This document shows, in pieces, positions 10,841 to 24,295 of a stretch of DNA of 64,000 nucleotides (its first letter is position 1; the number at the start of each line of letters is the position of its first letter). Under the pieces are notes generated by a model. It was not told where the DNA came from and made no database searches. It was given only the letters and a program-made list of their open reading frames with translations. The DNA comes from Octopus vulgaris (Eukaryota), in assembly GCA_951406725.2 (NCBI GenBank), contig OX597826.1, positions 57,412,001-57,476,000 on the forward strand. Reading direction: 5' to 3'. The position numbers and the translations under genes are program-made.

Positions 10841-12629
10841 GATTGTTAGATGGGTAGGTAGATTATATAGATAGAATAAAAGAGAAAGATAGATTGCTAT
10901 GTGTCTTTATTGTCTTCATTTATCTAAGTTCGATAATTTGCCTTCAGCTGTGCAACAAGTGGTTAAAGCTTTGGTGAAGGCCAATAATGCTTTTTGCTTA
11001 GGAAAACGGTTGAGTTTCTGGAGCAGCAATTTTTTCTGCGCAATAACTCTCACCAATTCATTCCTAATACATAGTGAACAAAAAGATGAGTCATAACTAC
11101 CTACCTACCATATTCAAGAATGCCTTCTTTTTGTATGACAGTTAGGTATTTATTTGTCTCTTCACAGATATAACTGTTTTTCTTTCTATTTTAGGTTTTT
11201 GTGTGTGTTTGTTTGCTTGTTTTCTTTTTTAAATGAAGTCCACATTAGGATCAACAAAGATTTTCAAACTGTTTGTTTCAGACGAATTACAATAAAATAG
11301 CATTTGTTATTCTTATTTATTGCTAATATATATATTTTTTTCATAAATATTTATCAAATATCATGCAAAAGAATAATTTAGTGTATGTGGTGGTGGGGGG
11401 GTAAATTTTTTTTTATTTAATTTTTTTTTTTTTTTGTGTGTGCCTTTTTTTTTTTATTTGTATCTTCCTATTTTATGGAAGCAATGCAGATAAGAAGAGA
11501 AATTGTTAATAGTTTTACAACCAGAAAAGAAATACAAAAATCTAACGCAGTTTACAACTGGGAAGTGAACGACATAAGGTATAATATTGTCATTTTTGTC
11601 ATCAGCTGCTGCTAATATTTCATCGTGATTGTAAACTATTAACAATTTCTCTTATCTACTGCCTCAATAGAATAGTGAGCAAAGAAAACAGATGAGGAGT
11701 GGGGAAATGTTATTTAATAAACATTTACGAACAACATAAGCAAAAATGCTACATATAAATTATATGCACACATGTGTGTTGGATACACACATAAACACAC
11801 GTGCATAAACAAAAGCATTTACAGACACAAATACTTTCCAATAAAAATAATGTTCTTTAAAGATAACATTTACATTTTTTAAATTGACAAATTTCCTTTA
11901 CAAATGGCATTTGGAATTATATTCATTCTTAATCATCTCTCTCTCTCTCTCTTTCTCTCTTCCCCACCCCCTCTCACAAAAACAGTTGAATGTGTGCTCT
12001 TAAGCATATGCAATAATGTTCATTTATCAGTGAAGAGTTTCCAACATCTGGAGAAGTTGAAGATGATGATAGAAAACTGGACTATGTGCTTTAACTGTTC
12101 CTAGCTAAGTACTTTAAAAGCCTGTACTGAAATCTAACAGAAATTGATATTACCCATTCAACTCAGTGAACTTTAAGAGAAAAACAAAAAATAAACGAAT
12201 ATCAGTAATATACTGGTGATGAGTCAATTATATTTAGCTTTTTCTTCACGCAGCACAAAAAAAATAAAGAGTTGGAGGAAAATATTATTGTTATAGTCTC
12301 TTCTTAAGATGTAAAGACATATCAAGTGTTTCACCAATGGTTTGGCCCAGTGAGTTGAGAACCTGGACTTCCTCTGTGTGACCAACCTATAAGGAATACA
12401 TATTTAGTTACTGTGTGGCCCCAGGTCAATAATGGGCCAGTCATTGGCATGCAGGTAATCAACCAAACAACAATTCATGTTTCTGTCTAGCCAAGGACTA
12501 TGCTGCGTATCTTGGCATGTAGTAATTGATCACATAGGGTAACATATTAGACACATTGCACCCTCTCCACTGTCTAGTCTTTTCCTGTACACATGCAGAT
12601 TTTGGTGGAGATAAAAAGAGCAGTCAATT

Positions 12630-12740
12630 CCCCTTAATCACATCCTGTTCTCTTTAAAAAGAAATAAAATCAGAATGGTCATGGCTGGATTGCTTCTGAT
12701 CAGTGATCTTCTCAGTTAAGACTGGCCAGGGACTAAGCAA
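12630..12740 (-). mobile_element. Fragment of dispersed non-coding repeat (family E)
   Basis: gaatggtcatggctggattgcttctgatca is the reverse complement of the motif seen at 44525-44765 and 45672-45830. Strand is relative only. Confidence 0.55.
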
Positions 12741-12959
12741 TTAAAATAATACCTTGTTTGTAATTTCATCATCAGTATCAATAGATACCATCACTATTGC
12801 TATCATAAATATCAACCAGACAGCAATCATAGAAAGATTGCCTTCTATGTTGATATGATATATTTTGATTTTTATGACCAATTTTATCCTTGCTGTGTCC
12901 ATCAAGCATTTGTTTCTAAATCTATAAAAACACTCTTCAAACTCAGACTAAACTAATTC

Positions 12960-13215
12960 ACAGATTTAAGTTAGCATTGTATAAATTGTACTTTAATTTC
13001 ATTCTGTTTAATATCCAGTTTTCAATATTCCCATGAATGATATGGAGCTGGATATCCCTTGCTATTGTTAACTCCTCGATAGTAAAGTAGGGATGGAGGC
13101 TCATGCAGTTGTGAGCCTTGCTCAAAGTCACAAGGATCAAGTTTGGTTAGAAGATATAGGCAAGTGGTCAATCCAGCAACTAACTACAGAACCAATGTGT
13201 CTTGCACAACCTCTG
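12960..13215 (-). mobile_element. Decayed mariner transposase C-terminal fragment
   Basis: Minus strand DHLP.S / KLDPCDF across a frameshift resembles HPPYSPDLAPCDF, followed by FTIEEL. Confidence 0.45.
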
Positions 13216-13270
13216 ATTATTGAGTTTTTCTCTTCTTTCTTTTTGTATTAATTTATCCACTCCAAAATAA

Positions 13271-13482
13271 GGATTTCAAATTTTGTCAAGGCCAGCAAGT
13301 TCAGGGGACAGAGTAAGTCAATTACATCAACCCTCCAGTATTCAACTGCTACTTATCTAATCAACCCAGAAAGGATGAAAAGCAAAGTTGACCTCAGCAG
13401 TATTTGAACTCGGAACATAAAGACAGACGAAAATGCCACTAAACATTTTACAGTGTGCAAACAATTCTGCCAGCTCACTGTC
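13271..13482 (-). mobile_element. Full-length tRNA-headed SINE (family B) with 18-bp TSD
   Basis: Core ggatgaaaagcaaagttgacc and B-box (tttgaactc on +). Flanked by TTATCCACTCCAAAATAA (13253-13270) and TTATCCATTCCAAAATAA (13483-13500). Confidence 0.9.
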
Positions 13483-14340
13483 TTATCCATTCCAAAATAA
13501 TGTCACTTATCTGTAGCTTCAATATACAGACTATTCTAATTCTAGCTGTTTTGCATTATAAATTCTGAAAGCTGCTTTACACTCACCTCATTTATTTGGA
13601 AGAATTATATGTCCATTATTTTTATGATATTCTCACTCAAATCCTTCACACTATTTCACTTTTATTGGTTGAATGCCAATAGCAGGTCTAAAGACCAAAA
13701 TAGTTACATTCTTGTCTGAGTAAGATGTTTACTATTAAAACCAATTCCAATTGACAAGGTGTGATATTAGATATGGTCAGTCAAGTAAATTAATGCAGCA
13801 AACTATGGTCACTTCATTCTCTATTTTCTCCTCCTACACTTCTTCACAACAACAGTGTACAACTACATTAAGATGTATTTTTATCCCTAATGATAGATAT
13901 ATGGCTTGTTCATATCGATGTATTATTAAACAGTTTAATGATATCCATCATATTTATTTACCATTATGATTTCTTAATTAAAAAATGATTTAATACTAGA
14001 GTTGTTGTTTTAAAAAATGTTTTAAAATTCATAATCATAAATAAATTGAGAAAGAAAAAGAAATAAACAAGGAATGAATTAACAGTTGTGTCAATTATAA
14101 TTACACTGCTCAGAAATTTACCAGACCAAACAACTGTATATTCTAACAAGATACAAATATGATATTACAATTTTAACGATTTATTTTGTTTTTATTTATT
14201 TATTTATTTATTTTTATTTTATGAATTCATTAGTGATACCTAATATTGGTGTTCTGGTACTAGAACCATGTATTAAAAACAATAATTCAAAATATTAAAC
14301 CTATCCCAATTTATTTGAGAAATACAAGAGTACTTAACTC

Positions 14341-14346
<6 letters not shown>

Positions 14347-14404
<58 letters not shown>

Positions 14405-14412
14405 TGTGTGTG
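14347..14412. repeat. (TG)n microsatellite
   Basis: Direct reading. Confidence 0.95.
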
Positions 14413-15577
14413 AAAAGACATGGTTATTTTGATCTATTTCTTTTATAGTTGGCGTGTGATTCTGGAAGAACAATAATGCCCCTTGGTAATCACCATAATC
14501 TAGTTGAAGTATTTCAGTCAATATAGCTGGTCCCTGATATGTTATCATTCAGAAGTAGCAAAATTGAAACTGAAATATCAGTGCAAAATGGAAAATTAAA
14601 CTGATATAGCATTATAATTAATGGTAGTTATGGAAACCTAAGATGGCACTGACCTCATTGATTGCAAGATTCCATTTCAAGGAAATGAAAAATCTACAAG
14701 TACAGTAGAAGCACTGTCAACATACCAACAACAACAAAATAGAAGCAGAGATCACCAACCAGCTCTTAACAGATTTCACCACCCCAAAACATCCAATTCC
14801 ATTAGTTGACAGCTATCTAATTGAGATGTAACCTGGGTGGGGAAAGATGAAATAAACTGGAACCCATACCTAATAGAGATAAGCAGTAGAGTAGGCCGAC
14901 CTGAACAGCAATAACTTACCAATAAAAATCTAACTCAACAGCAACAACAACAACAACAAGAATGGCAATAACAAATAATAGCTCTAATGAGAGAACTGTA
15001 ATAATTGGAAGGAAAATTGAAAGTAGATTAGCTCAGAGATTACCCGACCCACAGGTTACTGAACAGAGAGGATTGAAGTAAGTTTAATTAATTACACTAT
15101 TGCAGACAGTGACTGTGACTAAGTTGCACGAATTGGCAGCCATCTATGGTATTTAATTAGCAACATCGTTGCAACACTGAGGAAAGTATATAATTACATC
15201 AAATCATTTGTTTGCAGATGATGAACTTCTTGGAAATCATTTTAAAATAAGAAGAATAAAGCAACCACTTTTATAGCAGCAGTGAGCTGTGAAGAATAAT
15301 TTTAATTCTATAATTTTGAATGAAGTAAAATTACAATAAAATATTTAAACTGAAAATATTTAAATTGAAAATTACAAAATAAACAAACAAAACCAATTAT
15401 CTTCTTGTTGCATGCATATGATACATAAATTCCAGATTCAATATTTTTAGTGATTGTCCTAAGCATTGTGATACAGAAATGGAAATAGTGGTTTCTTTAC
15501 ATAGGCATGAAACTCTGAGAATTGTAGTGGTGGAGGTGGTGATGGCTTATTTTGAAAGGGGAAAGAAAATGAGTTAT

Positions 15578-15646
<69 letters not shown>

Positions 15647-15657
15647 ATGTATTTATG

Positions 15658-15704
<47 letters not shown>
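15578..15704. repeat. Compound (GT)n(ATGT)n(AT)n microsatellite
   Basis: Direct reading. Confidence 0.95.
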
Positions 15705-15707
<3 letters not shown>

Positions 15708-15745
15708 AGCATGGAAAACAGAGATTAAATGATGATGATATATGT

Positions 15746-16138
15746 CTTTTATCTTTTACTTGTTTCAGTTATTAGGCTGTGGCCATGCTGGGGCACCAGC
15801 TTGAAGAATTTTTAGTCAAATGAATCGACTCTAGTATTTTTGTTAAGCATAGTATATATTCTAGCTGCCTGTTTTTGCTGAACTGCTAAATTACAGGGAC
15901 ATAAACACAACACCAGTTGTCAAGGGGTGGTGGGGGACAAACACAAACACAAAGACATGCACACACACACACACATATGATGGGCTTCATTCAGTTTCTG
16001 TCTACTAAATCCATTCACAAGGCTTTAGTCAACCTCAGGTTATAGTAGAAGACACTTGCTCAAGATGCCACACGGTATGACTGAACTCAGGACCATGTGT
16101 TTGGGAAGTAACCTTTGAACCACACAGCCATGCCTACA

Positions 16139-16140
<2 letters not shown>
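15746..16140 (-). mobile_element. Full-length older family A SINE
   Basis: Collinear with 35487-35899 from tail (cttttacttgtttcag) to head (accacacagccatgcc), but more diverged. Confidence 0.85.
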
Positions 16141-16179
<39 letters not shown>

Positions 16180-16502
16180 GAAATAAATGTATCAGTGATC
16201 TAGAAGTGGCTCCAGCTAGTGTACTATGTCTCAAGCTTAGTTTCCTCAAATCTAAGCCTATTAGCTATACAAATACTATTTCTAAGACTTCAGATGTATA
16301 TTTAAATGATTTTATATAACAGTGGGACTAAAGAAAAATATTCTGCTCTAAATGGTCTTAATTACAGAGTCAATACTTGGGCAAAATAGCATTCTTTTCT
16401 TTTATTTCTGATACAATCATTAAAATACAATAGAATACAGATAGTACATTGAGTCTTATATTTCATGCTGATTTAAGACTTTTCTTAGTTTTAGCCATTC
16501 AG

Positions 16503-16657
16503 CTGTGGCTGTTCTGCAGTACCACAATTCATGGCTATGCTAGGGTACCACTAAGCATGGAGAAGTATACTTCAACAAATGAAAAAGTGCGGAAATGAAG
16601 AAAACATTTGTAACTTATTATTGCAGCATTTGTAACATCCATCTCTCCTTACTCTTC
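16503..16657 (-). repeat. 155-bp inverted duplication, arm 2
   Basis: Reverse complement of 5853-6007 (about 93.5% identity, no gaps). Confidence 0.95.
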
Positions 16658-19600
16658 TATACAAATATAACAAAAGATTAAAGTCAATCTCCGGTAAAAA
16701 GATAATATAAGGTTTTAGGAATAAAATTCTGCATTTCAATGTATTTTTGTTATTTCAATAATTTTATTTGATGCTACTAATCAGAGACAATAAGCCCATT
16801 ATTTTGTGTTTACATTACATGCATGTCAAAGTATGAGTGAGTATAGGATATCCATCCACTCTGCTTATGCTAATGGAGGAGCTACAGACCAGTAGTTTTA
16901 CATTACTCAAGTTACAGTCCTGAACTGGATGCCAAATACAATTAAGTCAACTTGGCTGTCTGCCTAAAATTTTGGCTCTGAATTTAAATCATTTATATTT
17001 TTACATTAATTTTCTAATGAAGAAATGGGATGGACAGATCTATCAAAATTGGAAAATAAAGAGAAATAACTCTTCCTTCATTGTTTTCTCAGCTTTAATA
17101 ATCGTTTGCACTACCACATCATAACAGTCTTGATATTTTAAATTCAATTATGCCCTGTTTCAGGTTGTCATGACAATTAATTCTACCTAAGTTTTCTATA
17201 TTTTTAACTACACTCAGGGAGTTAGGTAAAAATGTATATTTTTTCCCAGCTAAAATATGAAAATAATGCTATGATATGTGACAGCCACATCAACCAATAA
17301 ATTATTTACTGAAAGAAACTAAATTCTTTAAGTACATATCAGTACTCCATGTTTCAACATTCACTTTTGATCTATGTACAAATATAATCTGAAGATGTAT
17401 CTACAAAAAACATTCATCATATCAATATATAATAAGAAATATACATATCTTTACCCTGCTCTATTCATACAAGTATGCTTCACCCAATACAAATCAAGTA
17501 CTCTATGCATTAACTGAGGTATAAATTAGCTATTGCAGTATACTGAAGTTCTCTTTTCTTTCTTTATTAATTCAAAAGGATAAAAAATAGTAATTTTCTT
17601 CTTCTCTCTTAAATTTATTCATTTATCTTTTATTTATTGTTTTTCAGTTTCAGAATGTGTGTTGTTGCTTATTTTCATGAGACCCATGACCCAGTAAGCT
17701 ATGGTAAAAAGTCTTGTAGCTGTGGCTATTTTATATTTTTTCCAGATATAGAGCATTTAATATAAGTTTTTAAAGATAGTTGGGTGCAATCTGAAGAAAA
17801 TTTGATTTCTATATCTAGCAAGTCAAATAGCTGTGTGAGATTCTCTGTTGTTAGCTTGAAATCTTTAGAGTAACGTCAAATGGAATGATAATGGGTGTAT
17901 TACATATGTATTTTGGTAAAAAAAGGTTTCTATTCAGTAGCTTACATAAGATGAAAGCAGAGTTCAAGTAAAGATAAATTTAGATTCACATAACATGACT
18001 ATAGTATTTAGTGGAAATAATCAACAGGATCTGGAACAGATCCCAAACACATCGATTGAATTAATAACTACAGCGTAATAATGAACTAGCAATCAGACCC
18101 TTTTAAATACGAAATGCTACAATACCGAAATATGAAGATTCATCTAATTATGATGGTGCTCTATTGAAAAGAAAGGGGAAAGAGAATTAAGACCAGATCA
18201 AATTGACCTCAAAAGGTCAAAATGAAATGTCTTAAATGCATGGAAGAGAGAGAGAATTGGAGATAATCCACTTTTAGCAATGTGATTAAGTTGTTCTGAC
18301 TGATGAAGAGAGCACCTAAAGGATTTCTTACTTGGTCATTTCAATTTTCTAGACACCAGATTCAAATTTAACTGACAAGAAAGATCAGTTCCTGACCAGT
18401 CCATTCAAATAACGTAAATTTGGCACCTAGATGGCATTGGAAGGAAGGTGAAAGGCTCAGAAATGGAGGGACAGAGCGGAGGTAGAGAGTGGGATGGGAT
18501 GTCATGTGAGGTGCTTGGCAAGGGGCACTGTGAATAATGTTAGTAATCAGTTAATCTCCTGTCAACAGCAAAGATTAATTTGAGTGATGAGCAGTGTGTA
18601 GCACTCTCTGATAAAAAGGTTACATTAGCTGACGGCTGCAAGCCAGTAATTCACTAATGGCACAAGATAATAGAAACATATTAATTAACATTAACACAGA
18701 AATCTTAGTTGCTAAAGAGATATGAAGATGATTGTAAATTGTGATGCAGAATCAAATTTTGAATGGTAGCTGAAACTTCACAGAGCCAAAACTGAATAGA
18801 TTCTTCAATAGCATTGGAATTTAAAGAATATCTTAGAACGGCATCAGTTCAGAGAAGATTTAAGTCAGACAATTGAAATATATTGATAACAAGAAAAATG
18901 ACTACATAAAAAGATGATAGTTTAGAAATGTGGAAAATTTTCTAAAAGATCATAAATGTACACCACACATACACACACATACACACACACACAAAAAAAA
19001 AGACATTTCAAGAATGGAAATCTCTAACAATAAAGTGATTTTATAAAAGAAATATTCATTAATTTCACAAAGCATTGCTAATTTTTTTTTTCCTGGTGTT
19101 TCATATTCCAGATATTAGTGGAAATGTATAGAAATGGTGGAAATGAGAATAAATAGAATAAATATGGGTAGATTAATGATGGTCACCTATCAAAGATTTA
19201 CATCTCATGGAATAATTGATAAAGAACAGAATAAATGGAGGAAGGATAATTGAGAAGATTTACAACATGTAAAATTTCAAATGTCTGTGATAAACCAAAT
19301 GTAAAATGAAAACTTTAAGAGGCCTGAAAATTACAATATCAACTTCTAGCTACATATTTTATTGAATAAAATCCAAAAAATATTTAATGTTTAATTAATA
19401 CATTATAACAACATCAGTATGAAGAGACACTATTGCAAGCTGGAACTTAACATGCTGGTTCTGCCTCAAAATCCTATGTTGTATTAAATAAGATATTCAA
19501 TCGAATATTTTCTATAAACAAGACAATTAATTCCATAATTCATGGATATGAATTTCTTTGATATAATCTCTAAAAAGAAGACATTTATATTCTGAGAAAA

Positions 19601-21247
19601 TATAAATAACATCAAAGATATAAAAAAAAATAAATATTTTAAACAATTTAAGTAAAGACCATCAATTTAATGTTTTGTAGCAAGTTTAGATAAAGCAGTT
19701 TATAATATTGATTGTAAAAGCTATTAGCTTATCCATTAATTAGGATGTTAAATCAGTACTCAATGATGCCGCCTTTTTGCAACGACGTCTATGTCAATTC
19801 CAATTCCTAAAAAAGTTAACCCTAAATGTCTGGTCTCATGTGCTTTTTTTTTTCTTTGCAGTAGACACATCTTTTTTCATTTCTACCCACTTACGTCACT
19901 TATTAACCCAATTCTCATCCACCATTCTTTCCACACCCGTCTGGAAAAAAAAAAAACCGAAACAAATAGAAGTTATTTCTTTCAGCTCCCACTACACTGA
20001 AGATATTCCAGACAATCATTGCGCACAAGTAGTCAACCAAACAACAATCTGGCATTGTCGACACTAATTGGCACAGTGCACAGGATAAGTTATTATAACT
20101 AATCAGATACATATAGCCACTGGTGCAGAACAAATTTCACTGTCCGTCCTCACAACAAATCAGTAATTGAATCAAGCAAATTGTACTGCAGTTGCCAACC
20201 TCCATCACAGAACACTTTTCTCTTCCATCTCATTTTGTTAAAAAAATATGGAATTTCTAACAAGAGACCATTACCAAGTAAAATTCAGTTGAATTATTTC
20301 CATATCTTGTTCTTACACAGCTAAATGCAACTCTTTTGGACTGTAGAGTAGCTCATACACCAAATGTAATTTTCTTCAATTCTGCATTATATTTAAACTA
20401 ATTCTTGAAGATATTATGGAAATTTTAATATTTTGCCAACTAATATTGGTTATAAATAAATGCATCAGATGGAAAATAAATTAACAGCAGAACATTCCAA
20501 ATAATTATTTTCATTCCTAGCTAAAAGAAACAAATATTGTTTATAGTGGTCCCAAAAGGAATGACTTCATAATAACAAGGTTCCTGTGAATGTATTTGCA
20601 TTGCTGATAAGCTGTTTGTTTCACTTTCCATTGTTTTACAAAACTACAAAGAAAGTATAAATCTTTCATTACATCAGTATGAAGACAAAATATAAACAAA
20701 GCTAAGAAACACTAATTAAGACATATCAGTATTAATTTAGATGATAACACACTCATATGGCTAAAAACAAGATAGATATTTCATTCAGATAAGAAAAAGG
20801 CACTTAGCCCGAACATCAGAATAGCTTTACCTACAGGCAACCAATTCAATTGCTTTATAGCAAAGACCCATTAAAACTAGATTTTTTTAATTCACAAGCT
20901 CTAAGACCAAAATAAAATGAATGTAGATATTTAGCGAAGTGACTAGGAGTTGAACAGCTTATCCATTCCAAGTTCAACAAATAATTTTCATAACAAATCA
21001 GTTTGCATTCAAACACAATGATTAAGAAAAATCTGTGATCTACTACGTTTTTCGTTTTCTGATTTATTTTCTCTATTATTTTATCACGTCTCTTGTTTTC
21101 TCTAATTCATAAGGATCTTCTTAGATTCAAATAGGAAGAAAAATAGGAACATGAAAGTGGAGCAGAACATATTAAAAGAAGTTGATATACTGTTGACATA
21201 AATATATAGAAGAGAAGTTTTAAAGAACAGCAATAGCTAGTATAATT

Positions 21248-21463
21248 CTTTTGTACTCTAGGCACAAGGCCCAAAATTTTTGGGGAGGGGGCCAGTCAAT
21301 TAGATCAACCCCAGGATGCAACTGGTACTTAATTTATCGGCTTCAAAAGAATGAAAAACAAAGTCAACCTCAGTGGAACTTGAACTCAGAACATAAAGAC
21401 AGACAAAATACCACTAAGTATTTCACCCGGCATGCTAATGTTTCTGCCAGCTCACCACCTTAA
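21248..21463 (-). mobile_element. Family B SINE with 10-bp TSD
   Basis: Core actggtacttaatttatcg...gaatgaaaaacaaagtcaacc. TAGTATAATT at 21238-21247 and 21464-21473. Confidence 0.9.
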
Positions 21464-21804
21464 TAGTATAATTAACTAACCACTGAGTTTGAGCATTGAA
21501 TGAATTGCAGTAGGTAGGTTGAGGTGAAAGTAACTTGTAAATGGAAAATTTCACAGAATAAATCTTCATTATAGTAGTGGCAGAGGGATATGGATTCAAT
21601 ATAACTAACCTAAAGATTGATCATTTCAATAAGAAAAGGTATCCTGAGCAATCTTCACTGGTGATTTCTAACATGTAAAGGCTCCTTTATCAGTTCATGT
21701 AAGGAAGAGTTTCCTGAAGTGTTGAGTAGTTGCCTTTTAGACAGTCTAAAGAAGAATGATTGTTGAAGTGTCCACTCTGAAACATGACAGAATTTAACAT
21801 TTCT

Positions 21805-22273
21805 CTGGGACAAAGTGGTGAGAAAAGACCTTCAGACTTTGGGCTTCACAGAGGAGATGACAAGGAGCCAAGACTTCTAGCAGTCAGCTGTGCTTCAGAA
21901 GACACATCAAGCTAAGTAAAATCATGGCTGTTCTTTACATCAGGCATGTTCTTTACATTCATCTCTCAGCTGAGAGGGCCTAGTTTTGCGAATTAGAGGG
22001 TGCTGGTCCCACATAAAAGTACCTATGCAAGGGCTACATAAAAGTGCCCTTGCTGGTACCACATAAAAGCAACCATGCCAGTGCCATGTAAAAGTATCCA
22101 TGCAGGTGTCACGAAAGTGATTGGTACTGTAAAGTGGTTGGTACTAGGAAAGACATCCAGTCATAGAAACCATATCAACACAGACAAAATGGAGCTGAGC
22201 AGCTTGCCAGCTGGCCAGCTCTTGTCAAATCATCCAACTTGTGATTTCATGGAGAAAGGACTTTAAATGATGA

Positions 22274-22307
<34 letters not shown>

Positions 22308-22335
22308 GGTGGTGATGATGATGATGGTGATGGTG

Positions 22336-22418
<83 letters not shown>
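21805..22418 (+). mobile_element. RTE-type LINE 3' end: ORF C-terminus, 3'UTR with 25-bp repeats, long (GAT)n tail
   Basis: Translation WDKVVRKDLQTLGFTEEMTRSQDF*QSAVLQKT. About five 25-bp units (gtgctggtgccacataaaagcacc-like) at 22000-22118. (GAT)/(GGT)n tail at 22268-22418. Confidence 0.8.
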
Positions 22419-22893
22419 CTAAAAAGTTGATAGCTGCTAAAAGAGAAGCATTTCTTGTCAGCTCTAAGAAGAGACCAAGTTTCTTTTATGTAGTTTAGGT
22501 AATTTTAAGAAAGATTACAGTACATAGAATATAATACTACAAGTTGAGAGTTGCTCATGAAGACTGGACATATGATATGATATAACTACTATGAACAAAA
22601 TAAAACCTTATGTATGTATTTGTCAATTAAATATAATGCAGATACTCAGATCTTTTAGGCACATGTTTCAATTTCACTCATTTGATATTGGTAAACACAA
22701 ATACAAACTTCTTGAACATAGATTCCATAAAAGGCTGCCATTCTGGTCACCATACTTCTTTTGATTTTTATGCCCATTGCATATTTGAGGATTTTATTTC
22801 AATAGTGACTACCAAGATTATTATTTGGCATTACTTCTTAAAATCAGATTGACTTGCCAATACAACACTTTTAATCAATATGTAGTAACTCCT

Positions 22894-23570
22894 CTACAAA
22901 TAGTCACCAAGGTAGAAGGGTACTTGACATCTACAATTCAACTTACAAACTTTATGGTGAACAGAGAGAAACAGGAGTGTGATGCAGCAAAGAATCGGTA
23001 GTGACTAACACTTCAAGCAATTCAGGAACTTCAAATGTCCCAGGAACCCTGAGAACTTCAAGTGCTGTGACAACATCAATCATCAATACTCCAGCCGAAG
23101 CTCTATAAGTTGATTTATTTGTTGTCCCATCACATTTCCATGCAGTATTACTGTTATGTTAGAGTGTTTTCCACCCTGTTTTCAGAAACTCCACAGTTCC
23201 ACAATAGAACACCATCATCCACTATAAATTCATGCAGGAGTTGTAATATTTCATCCTTCCTTCTAAATCATTTTGTGCTTCTTGAACTTTGTAAAGTGTA
23301 TCTGTTTTCTGTAGGTGAAGTGCTGCTATTTGTAACTTTTAAATAGCAACTCAGCAAGAAAAGCTTCCTGCACCCTGCATGAGAACAAGGACCTGTTCAA
23401 CATAGTTTGAAAGATCTGCCACTTCGAATGGGCCAACGGTGAAGTTGTCTGGCTTTTTGAGAATGATGGATTCTATTGAAGTACATTAGCAGTTTGAATT
23501 CTTTACTGATGAAACATGTGCCTTTATCATTTTCTAATATTACAGGCAGAAGTAAGTACATGAGTTATGT
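22894..23570 (-). mobile_element. Decayed Ty3/Gypsy pol remnant
   Basis: Minus-strand peptides LPVILENDKGTCFISKEFKLLMYFNRIHH (integrase SDNG..F.S.EF), ARQLHRW (RNase H end), HEFIVDDGVLLW (connection region) and RCQVPFYLGDYL* (pol terminus). Confidence 0.65.
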
Positions 23571-24212
23571 AAAAAGAATGCCTTGTGATCCTAATAAATA
23601 GAACATGTAGAAAAGAGAAATGAGAATAAGTGGTAAAAACTGATCTGAAGAAGCTGAATTATGCATAGATGTTACAGGATCTCACCAAGAGGCAATATGT
23701 GTTGCAGAAGTCATACCCTGCCAACACAAATATGGAAAAAAAGAAAAAAAATTGTAAAAAGTAATGATGGAGATAAAGGTCTGAATGTTTAGTACCTACA
23801 CTTGGAAATCTCTTGGACAGTTCATATTCACTTCTCCTCCCATTACCCATTTCTTTTGCTATCCATCACTCTGCCACCCCCATTACCCATCCCTGAATTA
23901 CACTCATTACTTTCTTCTCAATAATTTGTTTTGATATTCACCATTCTCTTACTCTTCTTCACCACCCAGCTATCTTTGATCTATCATGCTTTCTTCTATC
24001 AACACCTAGTTCCTATCTTCCTAGCCCTCTGCAATCACTTTCTCTTCCTCCAACTTACTTGTAAGGAAGAGCTAACAAAGAAATACTGAAATCCTGACAA
24101 AGTAAGTAACTGGGGACTTTTTTTAATCTTGTCAGTTATGAAACAATTTTGCTGGTACAGATGACTAAATTCTTTTAGTCTTGTCAAAAATAAAGCAGTC
24201 TCTTTAGAGCTA

Positions 24213-24295
24213 GTGCCATGATAAAATGCATCCAGTACATTCTGTAAAGGGATCAGTGATTCAAAGGGCATCCAGCCATAGAAACCATACCAGTA
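24213..24295 (+). mobile_element. Short fragment of RTE-associated 3'UTR/SINE family
   Basis: aagggcatccagccatagaaaccat matches 22147-22175. Confidence 0.6.

Noticed and set aside
13587-13687. Minus-strand AG...GAG|GTGAGT pseudo-exon of 101 nt
   Set aside because: Short pyrimidine tract and stops in all three frames; such pairs arise by chance.
14914-14935. Possible 10-nt minus-strand microexon TAG|ATTTTTATTG|GTAAGT
   Set aside because: The upstream tract is a (TTG)n microsatellite with a competing AG; not supportable without reads.
22000-22118. 25-bp tandem units superficially like a CRISPR or regulatory array
   Set aside because: No spacers, eukaryotic context, and part of an RTE 3'UTR.
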